This document shows, one piece after another, positions 18,629-27,011 of a stretch of DNA of 64,000 bases (within the stretch, counting starts at the first letter, position 1; the number at the start of each line of letters is the position of its first letter). The DNA lies in assembly GCA_045637805.1 (NCBI GenBank), contig JAZUAE010000014.1:64651-128650 (forward strand), in the 5' to 3' direction. Source of the DNA: Clostridia bacterium. Lineage in GTDB: Bacteria > Bacillota > Clostridia > Christensenellales > UBA1242. The notes under the pieces were generated by a model. It saw only the letters and a program-made list of their open reading frames with translations. It was not told the origin of the DNA and made no database searches. A program made the translations under genes and the position numbers.

Positions 18629-19120
18629 ATGCCTAAATACATTAAATGTCCAAGATGTGAACTCAACTATATTTTAGAGACTGAGAAGTTATGTCCTGTT
18701 TGTCAGGCAGAATTAAAATTATCAAAGGATAATAGTCTTTCTGAAGATATGGAACTTTGCCCTATATGTGGACAAAATTTTGTTTCGTATGATCAACCTA
18801 TGTGTGAAGAATGTGCAAAGAAACGTAGTCTTGATGACATTGTTGATGAAGATGATGATGGACAAGATTATGAAAGAGAGGCTTCGGACGAATTTAATGA
18901 CATTGATTCGCCTGCAGATGACGATGTTGAAATTGTGCCATTCTCAGCTTTAGATGACGATGATGACGAAGATGATGACGACGAAAATGAAGATTCAGCT
19001 GTAGATAGTGCAGATTATGATGATTTTGAAGACGACTTTGACTATAACATTGATGACTATGATGATGAAGACGACGATGATGACGAAGACGACGAATTTG
19101 ATGACGATGATGAAGATTAA
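18629..19120 (+). CDS. Double zinc-ribbon protein with an extremely acidic Asp/Glu tail
   Basis: CPRC...CPVC and CPIC...CEEC pairs in the first 65 aa. About 97 residues follow, of which roughly 60% are Asp/Glu by my hand count. A good SD (GAAGGAG) sits upstream. Confidence 0.6.
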   Translation: MPKYIKCPRCELNYILETEKLCPVCQAELKLSKDNSLSEDMELCPICGQNFVSYDQPMCEECAKKRSLDDIVDEDDDGQDYEREASDEFNDIDSPADDDVEIVPFSALDDDDDEDDDDENEDSAVDSADYDDFEDDFDYNIDDYDDEDDDDDEDDEFDDDDED

Positions 19121-19122
19121 TT

Positions 19123-19148
19123 AAATCCACCATGCGGTGGATTTTTTT
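19123..19148 (+). terminator. Intrinsic terminator after the acidic protein gene
   Basis: Stem AAATCCACC / GGTGGATTT with an ATGC loop, followed by TTTT. Confidence 0.65.
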
Positions 19149-19185
19149 ATTGAATAAAAATTATTTTTATGTAAAGTATCATAAT

Positions 19186-19452
19186 ATGAGAAAAGTTAAT
19201 TTAGACATTAGTGAGATAATAGAAAACATAAAAAGCTTAAAAGGACAAACTGTGAAGATGCACGTAAATAGGGGGAGGAAAAGGATTGAAAAATATACTG
19301 GAGTAATAGATCACACATATCCAAGTATATTTACTGTAAAAATTGACAATCCTAGTGTTCAATCCTATCTTTCATATTCATACAGTGAAGTGCTTTGTGG
19401 TGCTGTTAAAATAAAAAAAGATGAAGCAAAATCTAAAAAATTAGAGCTTTAG
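19186..19452 (+). CDS. veg: Veg family protein
   Basis: From ATG 19186: MRKVNLDISEIIENIKSLKGQTVKMHVNRGRKRIEKYTGVIDHTYPSIFTV...SYSYSEVLCG, the Veg pattern. The listed start at 19132 lies inside the upstream terminator hairpin. Confidence 0.8.
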   Translation: MRKVNLDISEIIENIKSLKGQTVKMHVNRGRKRIEKYTGVIDHTYPSIFTVKIDNPSVQSYLSYSYSEVLCGAVKIKKDEAKSKKLEL

Positions 19453-19505
19453 TAATAATCTTTCTCCTCTCTTTATATACTTAAAGAAGAAAAGGAGGAT
19501 TCTTT

Positions 19506-20963
19506 ATGGCGTTTGAATCAACAAAGGCAGCAATAAAGCAAAATAAATTAGTTGCAAGTACAAAGGTTGAAGTTTTAAAAGAACTGGATATGGAATTTAA
19601 AGTAGATAAAATCTTATCAACAAATTATGTTTCAAGGGTTTTATCTAAAGAATTACAGGAAGGAAAACTTTTTATTACTGGAAAAACAAAGGTTGATGTC
19701 ATTGCTATGGAAAATGGCGAAATAAAGTTTACAATGCAAGATGTAGAATGGAGTAAAAGTGTTGATTTAACGATGCTTGGAGATCCTATTGTAAAGATTT
19801 GCAATACTGTTGTAACTTTTGAATTGTTTGAAAGACCTATTGTTAAAATTGATTTAGATATTGATATAAAGAGTGAAATTTTAGATATAATTCCTAGTAT
19901 TAAAGTGGACAACCCTGAAATAATGCTAAAACAGCAAGAAAGCAATGTTGTTAGTGTTGTTGGAAATGTTTCAAATTCTTTTACTTTATCTCAAGAGTTT
20001 GAAGAAAATGAATCTTTTGAAATATTTGCAAAAAGAGCACGTATTGATCGCATAAATGTAACCTGTGGCGTTGATGCCTATATTATAGAAGGTAAGGCGG
20101 AGGTTGTATTATGTGTAAAAAATGGTGAAAAAATTAACGAAGTGAAAAAGGAAATGGAATTTAGACAGGAAATGCCATTCCCAGGACTTCTTCCAACACA
20201 TAAAATATTTAATAATATGAGCGTGGCTACATTGATGACAACAGTTACAATCTCAGAAGAAAAAACAATTTTACTAATAGCAATGGATATTGATGATATT
20301 GCTTTTGCTACAACTGATATGGATATTGTTACGTTATCAGATGCTTATTCTGTAAATAATATGATAACACTAAGCGAAGAGTGTTTAAATGTTATAAACA
20401 AAATGGATACACTTAAATTGAGCAAACAATTTACCTGCAATATCGACCTTGGTGATAAGTTGGCAGAAGAAATTTTAGCTGTTAATAGTATTGTGTTGAG
20501 CAATATGCAAATTCAAGGTAATAGCGTGCTAGGTGATTTGTCTTTATCTGTGATATACAAAGATATTGAGGGAAAAATTGAAGTTGTAAACAAGTTAGAA
20601 AAAGTAAGCATTGATGGTGAAGACTTGGAAAATGCAGATTTATTAAACAGTGATATAGTTTTAAACTCAAGTAAAGTTAAGTTTGGAAAAGAAATCGAAA
20701 TGAACTTTTTAGTAACGGCAAATGTGGTTTTAAAGAAAGTTTCTTATCTTGTATATATAACCGAGATTGAGACTAGTGAGGCATATAGTGAAGAAAAATC
20801 TCCTATTCAGGTTTATATTGTGCGTGAGGGTGAGGATTTATTTGATGTAGGAAAAGCATTAAGAGTAGATGTAGAACAAATTAAAAATCAAAACGAAGAC
20901 GTAGACAATTTGAGTGTAGGGCAAAAGATTTTTGTATATAATAAACTCGAAGCAAATATTTAA
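19506..20963 (+). CDS. LysM-domain protein (sporulation-associated, DUF3794-like repeats by inference)
   Basis: C-terminal LysM pattern (YIVREGEDLFDVGKALRVDVEQIKNQN...LSVGQKIFV). The N-terminal 400 aa are beta-rich with no catalytic motif. Genomic neighbourhood is veg and spoIIR. Confidence 0.55.
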   Translation: MAFESTKAAIKQNKLVASTKVEVLKELDMEFKVDKILSTNYVSRVLSKELQEGKLFITGKTKVDVIAMENGEIKFTMQDVEWSKSVDLTMLGDPIVKICNTVVTFELFERPIVKIDLDIDIKSEILDIIPSIKVDNPEIMLKQQESNVVSVVGNVSNSFTLSQEFEENESFEIFAKRARIDRINVTCGVDAYIIEGKAEVVLCVKNGEKINEVKKEMEFRQEMPFPGLLPTHKIFNNMSVATLMTTVTISEEKTILLIAMDIDDIAFATTDMDIVTLSDAYSVNNMITLSEECLNVINKMDTLKLSKQFTCNIDLGDKLAEEILAVNSIVLSNMQIQGNSVLGDLSLSVIYKDIEGKIEVVNKLEKVSIDGEDLENADLLNSDIVLNSSKVKFGKEIEMNFLVTANVVLKKVSYLVYITEIETSEAYSEEKSPIQVYIVREGEDLFDVGKALRVDVEQIKNQNEDVDNLSVGQKIFVYNKLEANI

Positions 20964-20984
20964 CAAATAAAAACGCCATAAAGC

Positions 20985-21016
20985 GAGCGAAACATCTTTG
21001 TTTCGCTCTTATTTTT
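20985..21016 (+). terminator. Intrinsic terminator
   Basis: Stem GAGCGAAACA / TGTTTCGCTC with a 4-nt loop, followed by TTATTTTT. Confidence 0.65.
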
Positions 21017-21064
21017 ATATTAGATAAAATTAGATGGACAAATATTTATTTGTAGGAGAAAAAT

Positions 21065-21601
21065 ATGAAAAATTTTATTAGTGTGTTTTTGATATTAATT
21101 GTTTTGGGATTTGGAATATATGTATTTCAAGGTGGTTTTTCGCAAGAATCAAATGATAATTATTTAAGGTTGCATATAAGAGCGAATAGTAATAGTGAAT
21201 TTGATCAATCTATAAAATATAAGGTAAAGGGGGCGATTGTAAATTTTTTGACGGATAAAGTGGCTGCTGCAAGCTCGAAACAAGATGTAGTGCAAATAAT
21301 TAATAATAATTTATCTAATATTGAACAAGTCGCAGATGAGACTTTGGCAAATAATGGTGTAAATTATAAAAGTTCGGCATCTATCAATAACGAATTTTTT
21401 CCGTCTAGATCTTATGAAGATTTGGTTTTAAAAGAGGGGTATTATGATGCGTTAATTATAAACCTAGGTGCTGGAGTTGGAGATAACTGGTGGTGCGTTG
21501 TTTATCCTCCATTATGTTTTGTAGGTGCGACACCAAATGGAACAAACAATATTAGGTATAAATCAATTTTTAAGACATTATTTGACAATATTCTACAATA
21601 A
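21065..21601 (+). CDS. spoIIR: Stage II sporulation protein R
   Basis: Signal/anchor helix followed by LRLHIRANSNSEFDQSIKYKVKGAIV and DNWWCVVYPPLCF, both characteristic SpoIIR blocks. Confidence 0.8.
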   Translation: MKNFISVFLILIVLGFGIYVFQGGFSQESNDNYLRLHIRANSNSEFDQSIKYKVKGAIVNFLTDKVAAASSKQDVVQIINNNLSNIEQVADETLANNGVNYKSSASINNEFFPSRSYEDLVLKEGYYDALIINLGAGVGDNWWCVVYPPLCFVGATPNGTNNIRYKSIFKTLFDNILQ

Positions 21602-21658
21602 TCGAAAAAGTAATTTACAAATCAACAAAAATTTGCTAATATATTGACGAGGAAAAAT

Positions 21659-22219
21659 ATGGAGAATTACGAACCAGAGGTTTATACAAGAGATGGTCTA
21701 ACAGCCCTTAGTATATATGAGCTACGCGAACTAGCTCGTAGTTTGGGTGTAGTTTCTCCAACTTCTAAAGATAAACAAGTAATAGTAGAAGAGATTCTTG
21801 AAATTGTGTATGGCGAAAATTATGACAGCTTAGAGAATTTTACAAAAGGTAGACCAAATAAACATAGAAGGGAAACCGACTGGGTTGAAATTCTTAAGTA
21901 TAATAATGGTTTCGATGAGGTTTTTTACGGAAAATTAGATAGAAATTTTGCTGGTGCTCATTCTTTTGTGGCAAGTAGCGGTAGCGAGTATGTAAACGAT
22001 GCCGAGATGCAAACTTCGGGCGAAGATGAAGGTGTGGTTTTTAATGAGAATTATCAGTATGTAGTTAGATCTTTTAAAAGCTCAGGATTTAATAAAGCAT
22101 TGAAACTCCCATTCGATTTCGTAGAAAAACACAATTTAAGTCCTGGAGATGTTGTGCAATACAACTATGATGGGGACAAAATAGTTAAAATAAATAATGT
22201 TGAAAAAATTAGAAAATAA
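21659..22219 (+). CDS. Hypothetical protein with a Rho-N/SAP-like N-terminal helix pair
   Basis: LSIYELRELARSLGV resembles the Rho termination factor N-terminal motif. ATG 21659 follows AGGA, so I prefer it over TTG 21644. Confidence 0.45.
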   Translation: MENYEPEVYTRDGLTALSIYELRELARSLGVVSPTSKDKQVIVEEILEIVYGENYDSLENFTKGRPNKHRRETDWVEILKYNNGFDEVFYGKLDRNFAGAHSFVASSGSEYVNDAEMQTSGEDEGVVFNENYQYVVRSFKSSGFNKALKLPFDFVEKHNLSPGDVVQYNYDGDKIVKINNVEKIRK

Positions 22220-22247
22220 AAAACCATTGATTATCAATGGTTTTTTT
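22220..22247. terminator. Bidirectional intrinsic terminator between convergent genes
   Basis: AAAACCATTGA TTA TCAATGGTTTT palindrome flanked by A- and T-runs. Confidence 0.6.
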
Positions 22248-22249
22248 AA

Positions 22250-22510
22250 TTATAAAGATGCATTTTCGATTATAAGTTTGTCAAAAGACACGTTTTCCAC
22301 AAAATCTCTTGGAAGGAATGTTACGGTATTAAAGTTGATTAAATTTTGTACATGAGTTTTTAATATAACCGGTGTCCCTATATCAAGAGTATGACAAATT
22401 TGTTGCATGTGTAAATGGAAAGTTTCTGGCAAAAATTTGTCAATACTTTCATATATATAACTTTTATCTATTTTTTGATTTACGATTGTCTTTGCCCATA
22501 ATCTAATCAT
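22250..22510 (-). CDS. Hypothetical protein (86 aa)
   Basis: ORF from ATG 22510 (MIRLWAKTIVNQKI...). The longer listed version (to 22585) would run through the greA promoter. No family recognised. Confidence 0.35.
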   Translation of the reverse strand: MIRLWAKTIVNQKIDKSYIYESIDKFLPETFHLHMQQICHTLDIGTPVILKTHVQNLINFNTVTFLPRDFVENVSFDKLIIENASL

Positions 22511-22578
22511 ATAATAACTCCAACAAGGGTAGTGTAACAAAAAGATAAAAAATATGCAAGAGAAAAACAAACTTTCAC

Positions 22579-22607
22579 TTGACAATTAAATAAAATCAAA
22601 ATATAAT
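22579..22607 (+). promoter_or_regulatory. Consensus sigma-A promoter upstream of greA
   Basis: TTGACA, exactly 17 nt, then TATAAT; 42 nt upstream of the greA ATG. Confidence 0.65.
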
Positions 22608-22649
22608 ACGCATCATAACAAGCAAAAATTATTTGCGGAGGACATAAAA

Positions 22650-23117
22650 ATGGCAGATATTTATATTACAACAGATGGTGTAAAAGAGAAAGAAGCAAGA
22701 CTTAGATATTTAAAAAGCGAAAAAAGACCAGAAGTACTTGAAAGATTAAAAACTGCACGTGAATTTGGTGATTTAAGTGAAAATTCAGAATATGATGCTG
22801 CTAGAAATGAGCAGGGTCAAGTTGAAACTGAGATACAATTAATTGAAGATACATTACGCTTAGCAAAAGTTATCGATCCTAGCAAGGTAAGCAAAGATGT
22901 CGCAGGCATAGGTACTATTGTTAAATTGTATGATGAAGAATGGGACGAAGAAGTTGAGTATAAAATAGTTGGAACAATAGAAAGTGATCCAGATAGAGGA
23001 TATATATCAAATGAGTCACCTATAGGCAAAAGTTTAATAGGTAAAAAAGTTGGTGATATTGTCACAATTGCAACCCCAGGTGGCGATAGTGTACTCAAAG
23101 TTTTATCTATTAATTAA
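22650..23117 (+). CDS. greA: Transcription elongation factor GreA
   Basis: GDLSENSEYDAARNEQ coiled-coil tip motif, a C-terminal FKBP-like domain, 155 aa. Confidence 0.9.
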   Translation: MADIYITTDGVKEKEARLRYLKSEKRPEVLERLKTAREFGDLSENSEYDAARNEQGQVETEIQLIEDTLRLAKVIDPSKVSKDVAGIGTIVKLYDEEWDEEVEYKIVGTIESDPDRGYISNESPIGKSLIGKKVGDIVTIATPGGDSVLKVLSIN

Positions 23118-23118
23118 T

Positions 23119-23153
23119 AAGGTTAAAACGGTTAGGTTTTAACCTTTCTTTTT
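23119..23153 (+). terminator. Intrinsic terminator after greA
   Basis: 11-bp stem AAGGTTAAAAC / GTTTTAACCTT with a 6-nt loop, followed by TCTTTTT. Confidence 0.65.
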
Positions 23154-23171
23154 GCGTAATAAATGTTTTAA

Positions 23172-23201
23172 TTGACAATTAATACTAATGTTTGATACTA
23201 T
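23172..23201 (+). promoter_or_regulatory. Promoter placed so that holB mRNA would be leaderless
   Basis: TTGACA, 18 nt, then TGaTACTAT (extended -10) ending 6 nt before the holB ATG. No SD lies between them. Confidence 0.4.
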
Positions 23202-23207
23202 AAAATT

Positions 23208-24164
23208 ATGAATTATAATAATGTTATAGAAAAATCTATTTCATATAAAAATATTAAAAAAGACCATGAGAGTGGTAGATTTTCTCATGCATTTTTATTT
23301 GTTAGTGAAGATAAGGATTATTTAATCAATTTTGCAAAGAAAGTCAGCCTATTAATTTTAAATAATAACGCTCTTGAAAAAAGAATACAAGACGATGTTT
23401 ATCCAGATGTGATATTGCTTGGAAAAAATAGCAAAATAACTTCTAGTGATGCGTCTTTTATGGCAACGGACGTTTATGTGAAAGGATATGAGAGTGATAA
23501 AAAAATATATATTTTAATTGATTCAGATGAAATGAATGATGAATCACAAAACAAAATATTGAAAACGTTAGAAGAACCACCACACAATGTATATATATTG
23601 ATGCTGGCTCGTAATACAAATTCTCTGCTGCCAACAATTCTAAGCAGGGTTTCTATGATTGAATTAGATCGAATATCTAGTAAAGATATTGAAAGTATGT
23701 TAATTGAAGCGGGTGTAGACAAGAAAAAAGCTGCAGAAGTTGCCCCTTGTAGTGGAAACAATGCAAGACTTGCATTAAAACTTGCTGAGGATAAAAACTT
23801 TAATGCAATGTATGTAAACACCATTTTAATGTTTGAAAAAATGAATTCAAGTAAAGATGTCTTGGCTTTTGCTAATTGTTTTGCGGACAAGACTATTGAT
23901 AAAAAAGAGTGGATAAATCTTGTTATGCTGCTTGCACGCGATTTATTAATGATGAAGTCTAATAAGCAAGAATTGATATTAAATAAGGCAATAGAAGACA
24001 GGTTAAGTTTTGTAGCTAACACTTTTTCTATTACTGCTCTTACAAAAATTATTGAAACTTGTTTGCAATGCCAAGAAGGTTTACTATATAATGTTAATAG
24101 TTCATGCATTGTAGATGAACTTTTACTAAAATTTGTGGAGGCTAAAGTTATATGCAAAAAATAG
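23208..24164 (+). CDS. holB: DNA polymerase III delta-prime subunit
   Basis: SHAFLFVSEDKDY at the clamp-loader P-loop position, the KILKTLEEPP box and SRV (sensor) region; 318 aa. Synteny holB-ricT as in Bacillus. Confidence 0.8.
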   Translation: MNYNNVIEKSISYKNIKKDHESGRFSHAFLFVSEDKDYLINFAKKVSLLILNNNALEKRIQDDVYPDVILLGKNSKITSSDASFMATDVYVKGYESDKKIYILIDSDEMNDESQNKILKTLEEPPHNVYILMLARNTNSLLPTILSRVSMIELDRISSKDIESMLIEAGVDKKKAAEVAPCSGNNARLALKLAEDKNFNAMYVNTILMFEKMNSSKDVLAFANCFADKTIDKKEWINLVMLLARDLLMMKSNKQELILNKAIEDRLSFVANTFSITALTKIIETCLQCQEGLLYNVNSSCIVDELLLKFVEAKVICKK

Positions 24165-25009
24165 TTGGTGTTATTTTTAACGATGCTGGTAAAGCGTATT
24201 ACTATGATCCAGGTAAAGACATGTATGCTGTTGGTGACTATGTTGTTGTGGAGACTGCATCAGACTGCGCTTTGGGAAAGATAGATTTTATAGATAAGAC
24301 CATTGATGAAGAAAAGTTAGAAGAGCCTTTAAAAATGGTTATACGCAAGGCAACATCGAAAGATATAGAAATTAATAAAAAACAAAGAGAAAGAATTCCG
24401 GAGATTATTAAGGTTATAAAATCAAAAGTTAGAGCTTTGGATTTGCAAATGAAAATAGTAGATGCAAACTTTACACTTGATGGGAATAAATTAATAGTAG
24501 AGTTCACTGCTGACGATAGAGTTGATTTTAGACAATTACTTAAAGATCTTGCTGCAACACTTAAGGTGAGAATTGAACTAAAGCAAATAGGTCAACGTGA
24601 TGAGGTCAAAATCAAAGGTGGACTTGGGCCTTGTGGTGAAATGTGTTGCTGCAAAAGATTTTTAAAAGATTTTGAGCACGTAACTGTAAAAATGGCAAAA
24701 AATCAGGGGCTATCGCTATCTCCAACAAAGATAAGTGGGCTTTGTGGTAGACTTATGTGTTGTTTAGCATACGAAAACCAAAATTATGAAGAAATTTTAA
24801 AGCGTATGCCAAAGGTTAATAGTGTTGTACTCACACCAAAAGGCAAAGGGACAGTTGTTTATAATGATCTTTTGAGAGAACTTGTAAGTGTTAAGGAAAT
24901 TCAAAAAGACGACACATTTGTTGTTACTGAATGGAAATTAAGTGATATAAAACAAGTAGAACAAACTGAAAACCATAATAAAAATAATAAAAAAGGGGAT
25001 AAAAAATAA
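24152..25009 (+). CDS. ricT: PSP1-domain regulatory protein RicT (YaaT)
   Basis: PSP1 C-terminal domain with the Cys cluster GPCGEMCCCKRFL...GLCGRLMCCLAYE, located directly after holB. Confidence 0.85.
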   Translation: MQKIVGVIFNDAGKAYYYDPGKDMYAVGDYVVVETASDCALGKIDFIDKTIDEEKLEEPLKMVIRKATSKDIEINKKQRERIPEIIKVIKSKVRALDLQMKIVDANFTLDGNKLIVEFTADDRVDFRQLLKDLAATLKVRIELKQIGQRDEVKIKGGLGPCGEMCCCKRFLKDFEHVTVKMAKNQGLSLSPTKISGLCGRLMCCLAYENQNYEEILKRMPKVNSVVLTPKGKGTVVYNDLLRELVSVKEIQKDDTFVVTEWKLSDIKQVEQTENHNKNNKKGDKK

Positions 25010-25182
25010 TGAGTTATGTAATTAATCAAGATAAATGTATTAAATGTGGAGCTTGCATTAATATGTGTCCAGTTCAAGCAATTAGCATGGTAAATGCTCA
25101 AGTTGTTATTGATCCTAAAAAATGTATTGATTGTGGTACTTGTGCTAGCATTTGTCCAGTAGGGGCTCCTGAGGCTAAGTAG
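25009..25182 (+). CDS. 2x[4Fe-4S] ferredoxin, 57 aa (not in the ORF track)
   Basis: My translation is MSYVINQDKCIKCGACINMCPVQAISMVNAQVVIDPKKCIDCGTCASICPVGAPEAK*. It has two CxxCxxCxxxCP motifs. The ATG overlaps the ricT stop (TAATG) and its stop overlaps the next GTG start. Confidence 0.7.
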   Translation: MSYVINQDKCIKCGACINMCPVQAISMVNAQVVIDPKKCIDCGTCASICPVGAPEAK

Positions 25183-25901
25183 TGAAGAGAATTGATGACT
25201 TGCAATTTAAGGGCTTAGTTTTGGTGCAAGATGACGATGGGTATTGTTTTACAACTGATGCCGTATTACTTGCAAATTTTGTTAAAACAAAATCATATGA
25301 TATGGTTGTCGAATTGTGCGCTGGCACGGGGGTTATTTCAACGTTAATTGCCGGAAAACAAACGCCAAAGAAGATAATGGCGGTAGAGCTGCAAGAAAAG
25401 TGTTGTGAATTGTTTAAAGAAAGCATAAAACTCAATGGTCAAGAGAAAGTAGTAGAAGTTTTAAACTTGGCTGTTCAAGATTTAGAGAAACATATAAAAA
25501 CTGAATCTGCTAGTGTTGTGGTTGTCAATCCGCCTTATTATAAAAAAGAACAAGCTCAAAATAAAAATCAGGCAATTGCCATTTCTACTCATGAAATTGC
25601 GTTAACAATAGATGACGTTATAAATGAGAGTGCGAGATTGTTGAAATATGGTGGAAAATTTTATATGGTACACCATATAGATAGATTGGTGGAAATTCTT
25701 TGTAAAATGAGCAAAGCAAAGCTTGAGCCAAAACAGTTAAGGTTTGTGCAACCAAAACCTAACACTGAAGCAAATCTAGTTTTAATTGAGGCGGTCAAGG
25801 GTGGAAAAACTGGACTTAAAGTAAAAGATGTATTAATTTTTCGTGATCAAGATGGAGAAGAAAGCAAAGAAGTTAAAGAAATTTATGGAAGATTAAAATA
25901 A
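25182..25901 (+). CDS. SAM-dependent N6-adenine methyltransferase (tRNA m6A37 TrmN6/YabB-like)
   Basis: Class I SAM fold (VELCAGTGVIS) and the VVNPPYY catalytic motif. Position equivalent to Bacillus yabB. Confidence 0.7.
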   Translation: MKRIDDLQFKGLVLVQDDDGYCFTTDAVLLANFVKTKSYDMVVELCAGTGVISTLIAGKQTPKKIMAVELQEKCCELFKESIKLNGQEKVVEVLNLAVQDLEKHIKTESASVVVVNPPYYKKEQAQNKNQAIAISTHEIALTIDDVINESARLLKYGGKFYMVHHIDRLVEILCKMSKAKLEPKQLRFVQPKPNTEANLVLIEAVKGGKTGLKVKDVLIFRDQDGEESKEVKEIYGRLK

Positions 25902-26399
25902 TCTACAAACAAGGCACGAAAATATACTACCTACGAATGCACTAATTAGGGTTATAGGAATAATTGGCCCTAATTTTTTTATTTTCGTTTGGCTAAAATA
26001 AAGTGCAACGACATAAAAAACCGTTTCACTACAACTCATAATAACTGAGGCACATTTTGCCACATAACTATCGGGTCCATAAGTGATGAAGATGTCACTT
26101 AAAAGAGCCAAACTTCCTGATCCTGTAAATGGACGTAAAACTAAAAAATCAACAAGTTCTGTAGGAATTCCTAAAAAGCTAAACGCAGGCGTTAGCCATG
26201 AACCGATTAGAGTTGAAAGGCCACTTGTTTTAAAAAGTTCAACTGCGATAAATATTGCAACCAAATTAGGGAAAATATTAACGGTTAGAGAAACTGCGGA
26301 TTTTGCTCCGCTTACAAAAGCATTGTAGCCATTTATATTTTTTACCAAACAAAATATACACAGTGCTAATATAAATATTGGAACAATAAAACTAGACAT
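25893..26399 (-). CDS. spmB: Spore maturation protein B (nucleoside-recognition/Gate domain membrane protein)
   Basis: 168-aa polytopic protein directly downstream of, and overlapping, the spmA-like gene. Size and pairing are typical of SpmA/SpmB. Confidence 0.7.
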   Translation of the reverse strand: MSSFIVPIFILALCIFCLVKNINGYNAFVSGAKSAVSLTVNIFPNLVAIFIAVELFKTSGLSTLIGSWLTPAFSFLGIPTELVDFLVLRPFTGSGSLALLSDIFITYGPDSYVAKCASVIMSCSETVFYVVALYFSQTKIKKLGPIIPITLISAFVGSIFSCLVCRLF

Positions 26400-26970
26400 T
26401 ATGTTTTCTCTCCTTGAAAAAATAGTAAAATTTTACTAAAACAATGCCTATTAGTGTTGAAAAGAAACTTGCTATTAATGATGGAATAATAATTGCTGAT
26501 GCGTTAGTGCTTCCAGCACTGCTCATGAGTCCCATTATAGATGTAGGTAACAGTTGAATACTTGAGCAACTAATAACAATCAGCATTACCATATTTTTGT
26601 TTGGTTTTGTGTTTCCGTCTTGCATGCTATTTATTGCTCGTATGCCAAGAGGTGTGGCGGCACCATTCATACCTAACATATTAGCACTCATATTCATGCT
26701 TATGAGTCGTTTACTTTCTTTCGAAAGAGATTTTTTGCCAAAGATCAGATCAATTAATGGTGACAATATTTTAGATATAAGTCTAGATAAACTTGTTTGT
26801 TCTAAAATATTAAATATTCCTGTCCAAACAGCATACACGGCGCAAAGATTAAAACATAAACTAACAGCTTTATTAGATGAAACTGTTAGTGCCGGAAGAA
26901 TGCTATCAGGATTTATAAATAATAAAACTGAAATACTTGTTAAAATCATTATGAGCCAGACTTTATTCAT
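26392..26970 (-). CDS. spmA: Spore maturation protein A
   Basis: 192-aa polytopic protein with the block MSANMLGMNGAATPLGIRAI, typical of the Gate-domain SpmA family. Confidence 0.7.
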   Translation of the reverse strand: MNKVWLIMILTSISVLLFINPDSILPALTVSSNKAVSLCFNLCAVYAVWTGIFNILEQTSLSRLISKILSPLIDLIFGKKSLSKESKRLISMNMSANMLGMNGAATPLGIRAINSMQDGNTKPNKNMVMLIVISCSSIQLLPTSIMGLMSSAGSTNASAIIIPSLIASFFSTLIGIVLVKFYYFFKERKHNV

Positions 26971-27011
26971 GGTACAATATATGATGAAAAAATTAAAATA
27001 TGAGGGTAATT

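Noticed and set aside
18768-19133. Listed ORFs 18768-18953 (+) and 18894-19133 (-, His/Arg-rich) overlapping the acidic protein gene
   Set aside because: These are frame-shifted or antisense readings of the GAT/GAC/GAA triplet array. Neither has a start context, and the acidic frame has the SD, zinc-ribbon motifs and terminator.
19132-19185. Longer Veg ORF starting at ATG 19132
   Set aside because: That ATG lies in the loop of the upstream terminator hairpin (ATCCACC-ATGC-GGTGGAT). The Veg family sequence begins at the ATG at 19186.
23474-24157. 227-aa reverse-strand ORF antisense to holB, and similar long antisense ORFs at 1880-2299, 15887-16294, 16546-16965, 48531-48992 and 52976-53386
   Set aside because: Each lies entirely within a well-supported conserved gene on the other strand and has Leu/Ser/Phe/Ile-rich composition typical of antisense frames in AT-rich DNA. 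None has an SD or a family resemblance.
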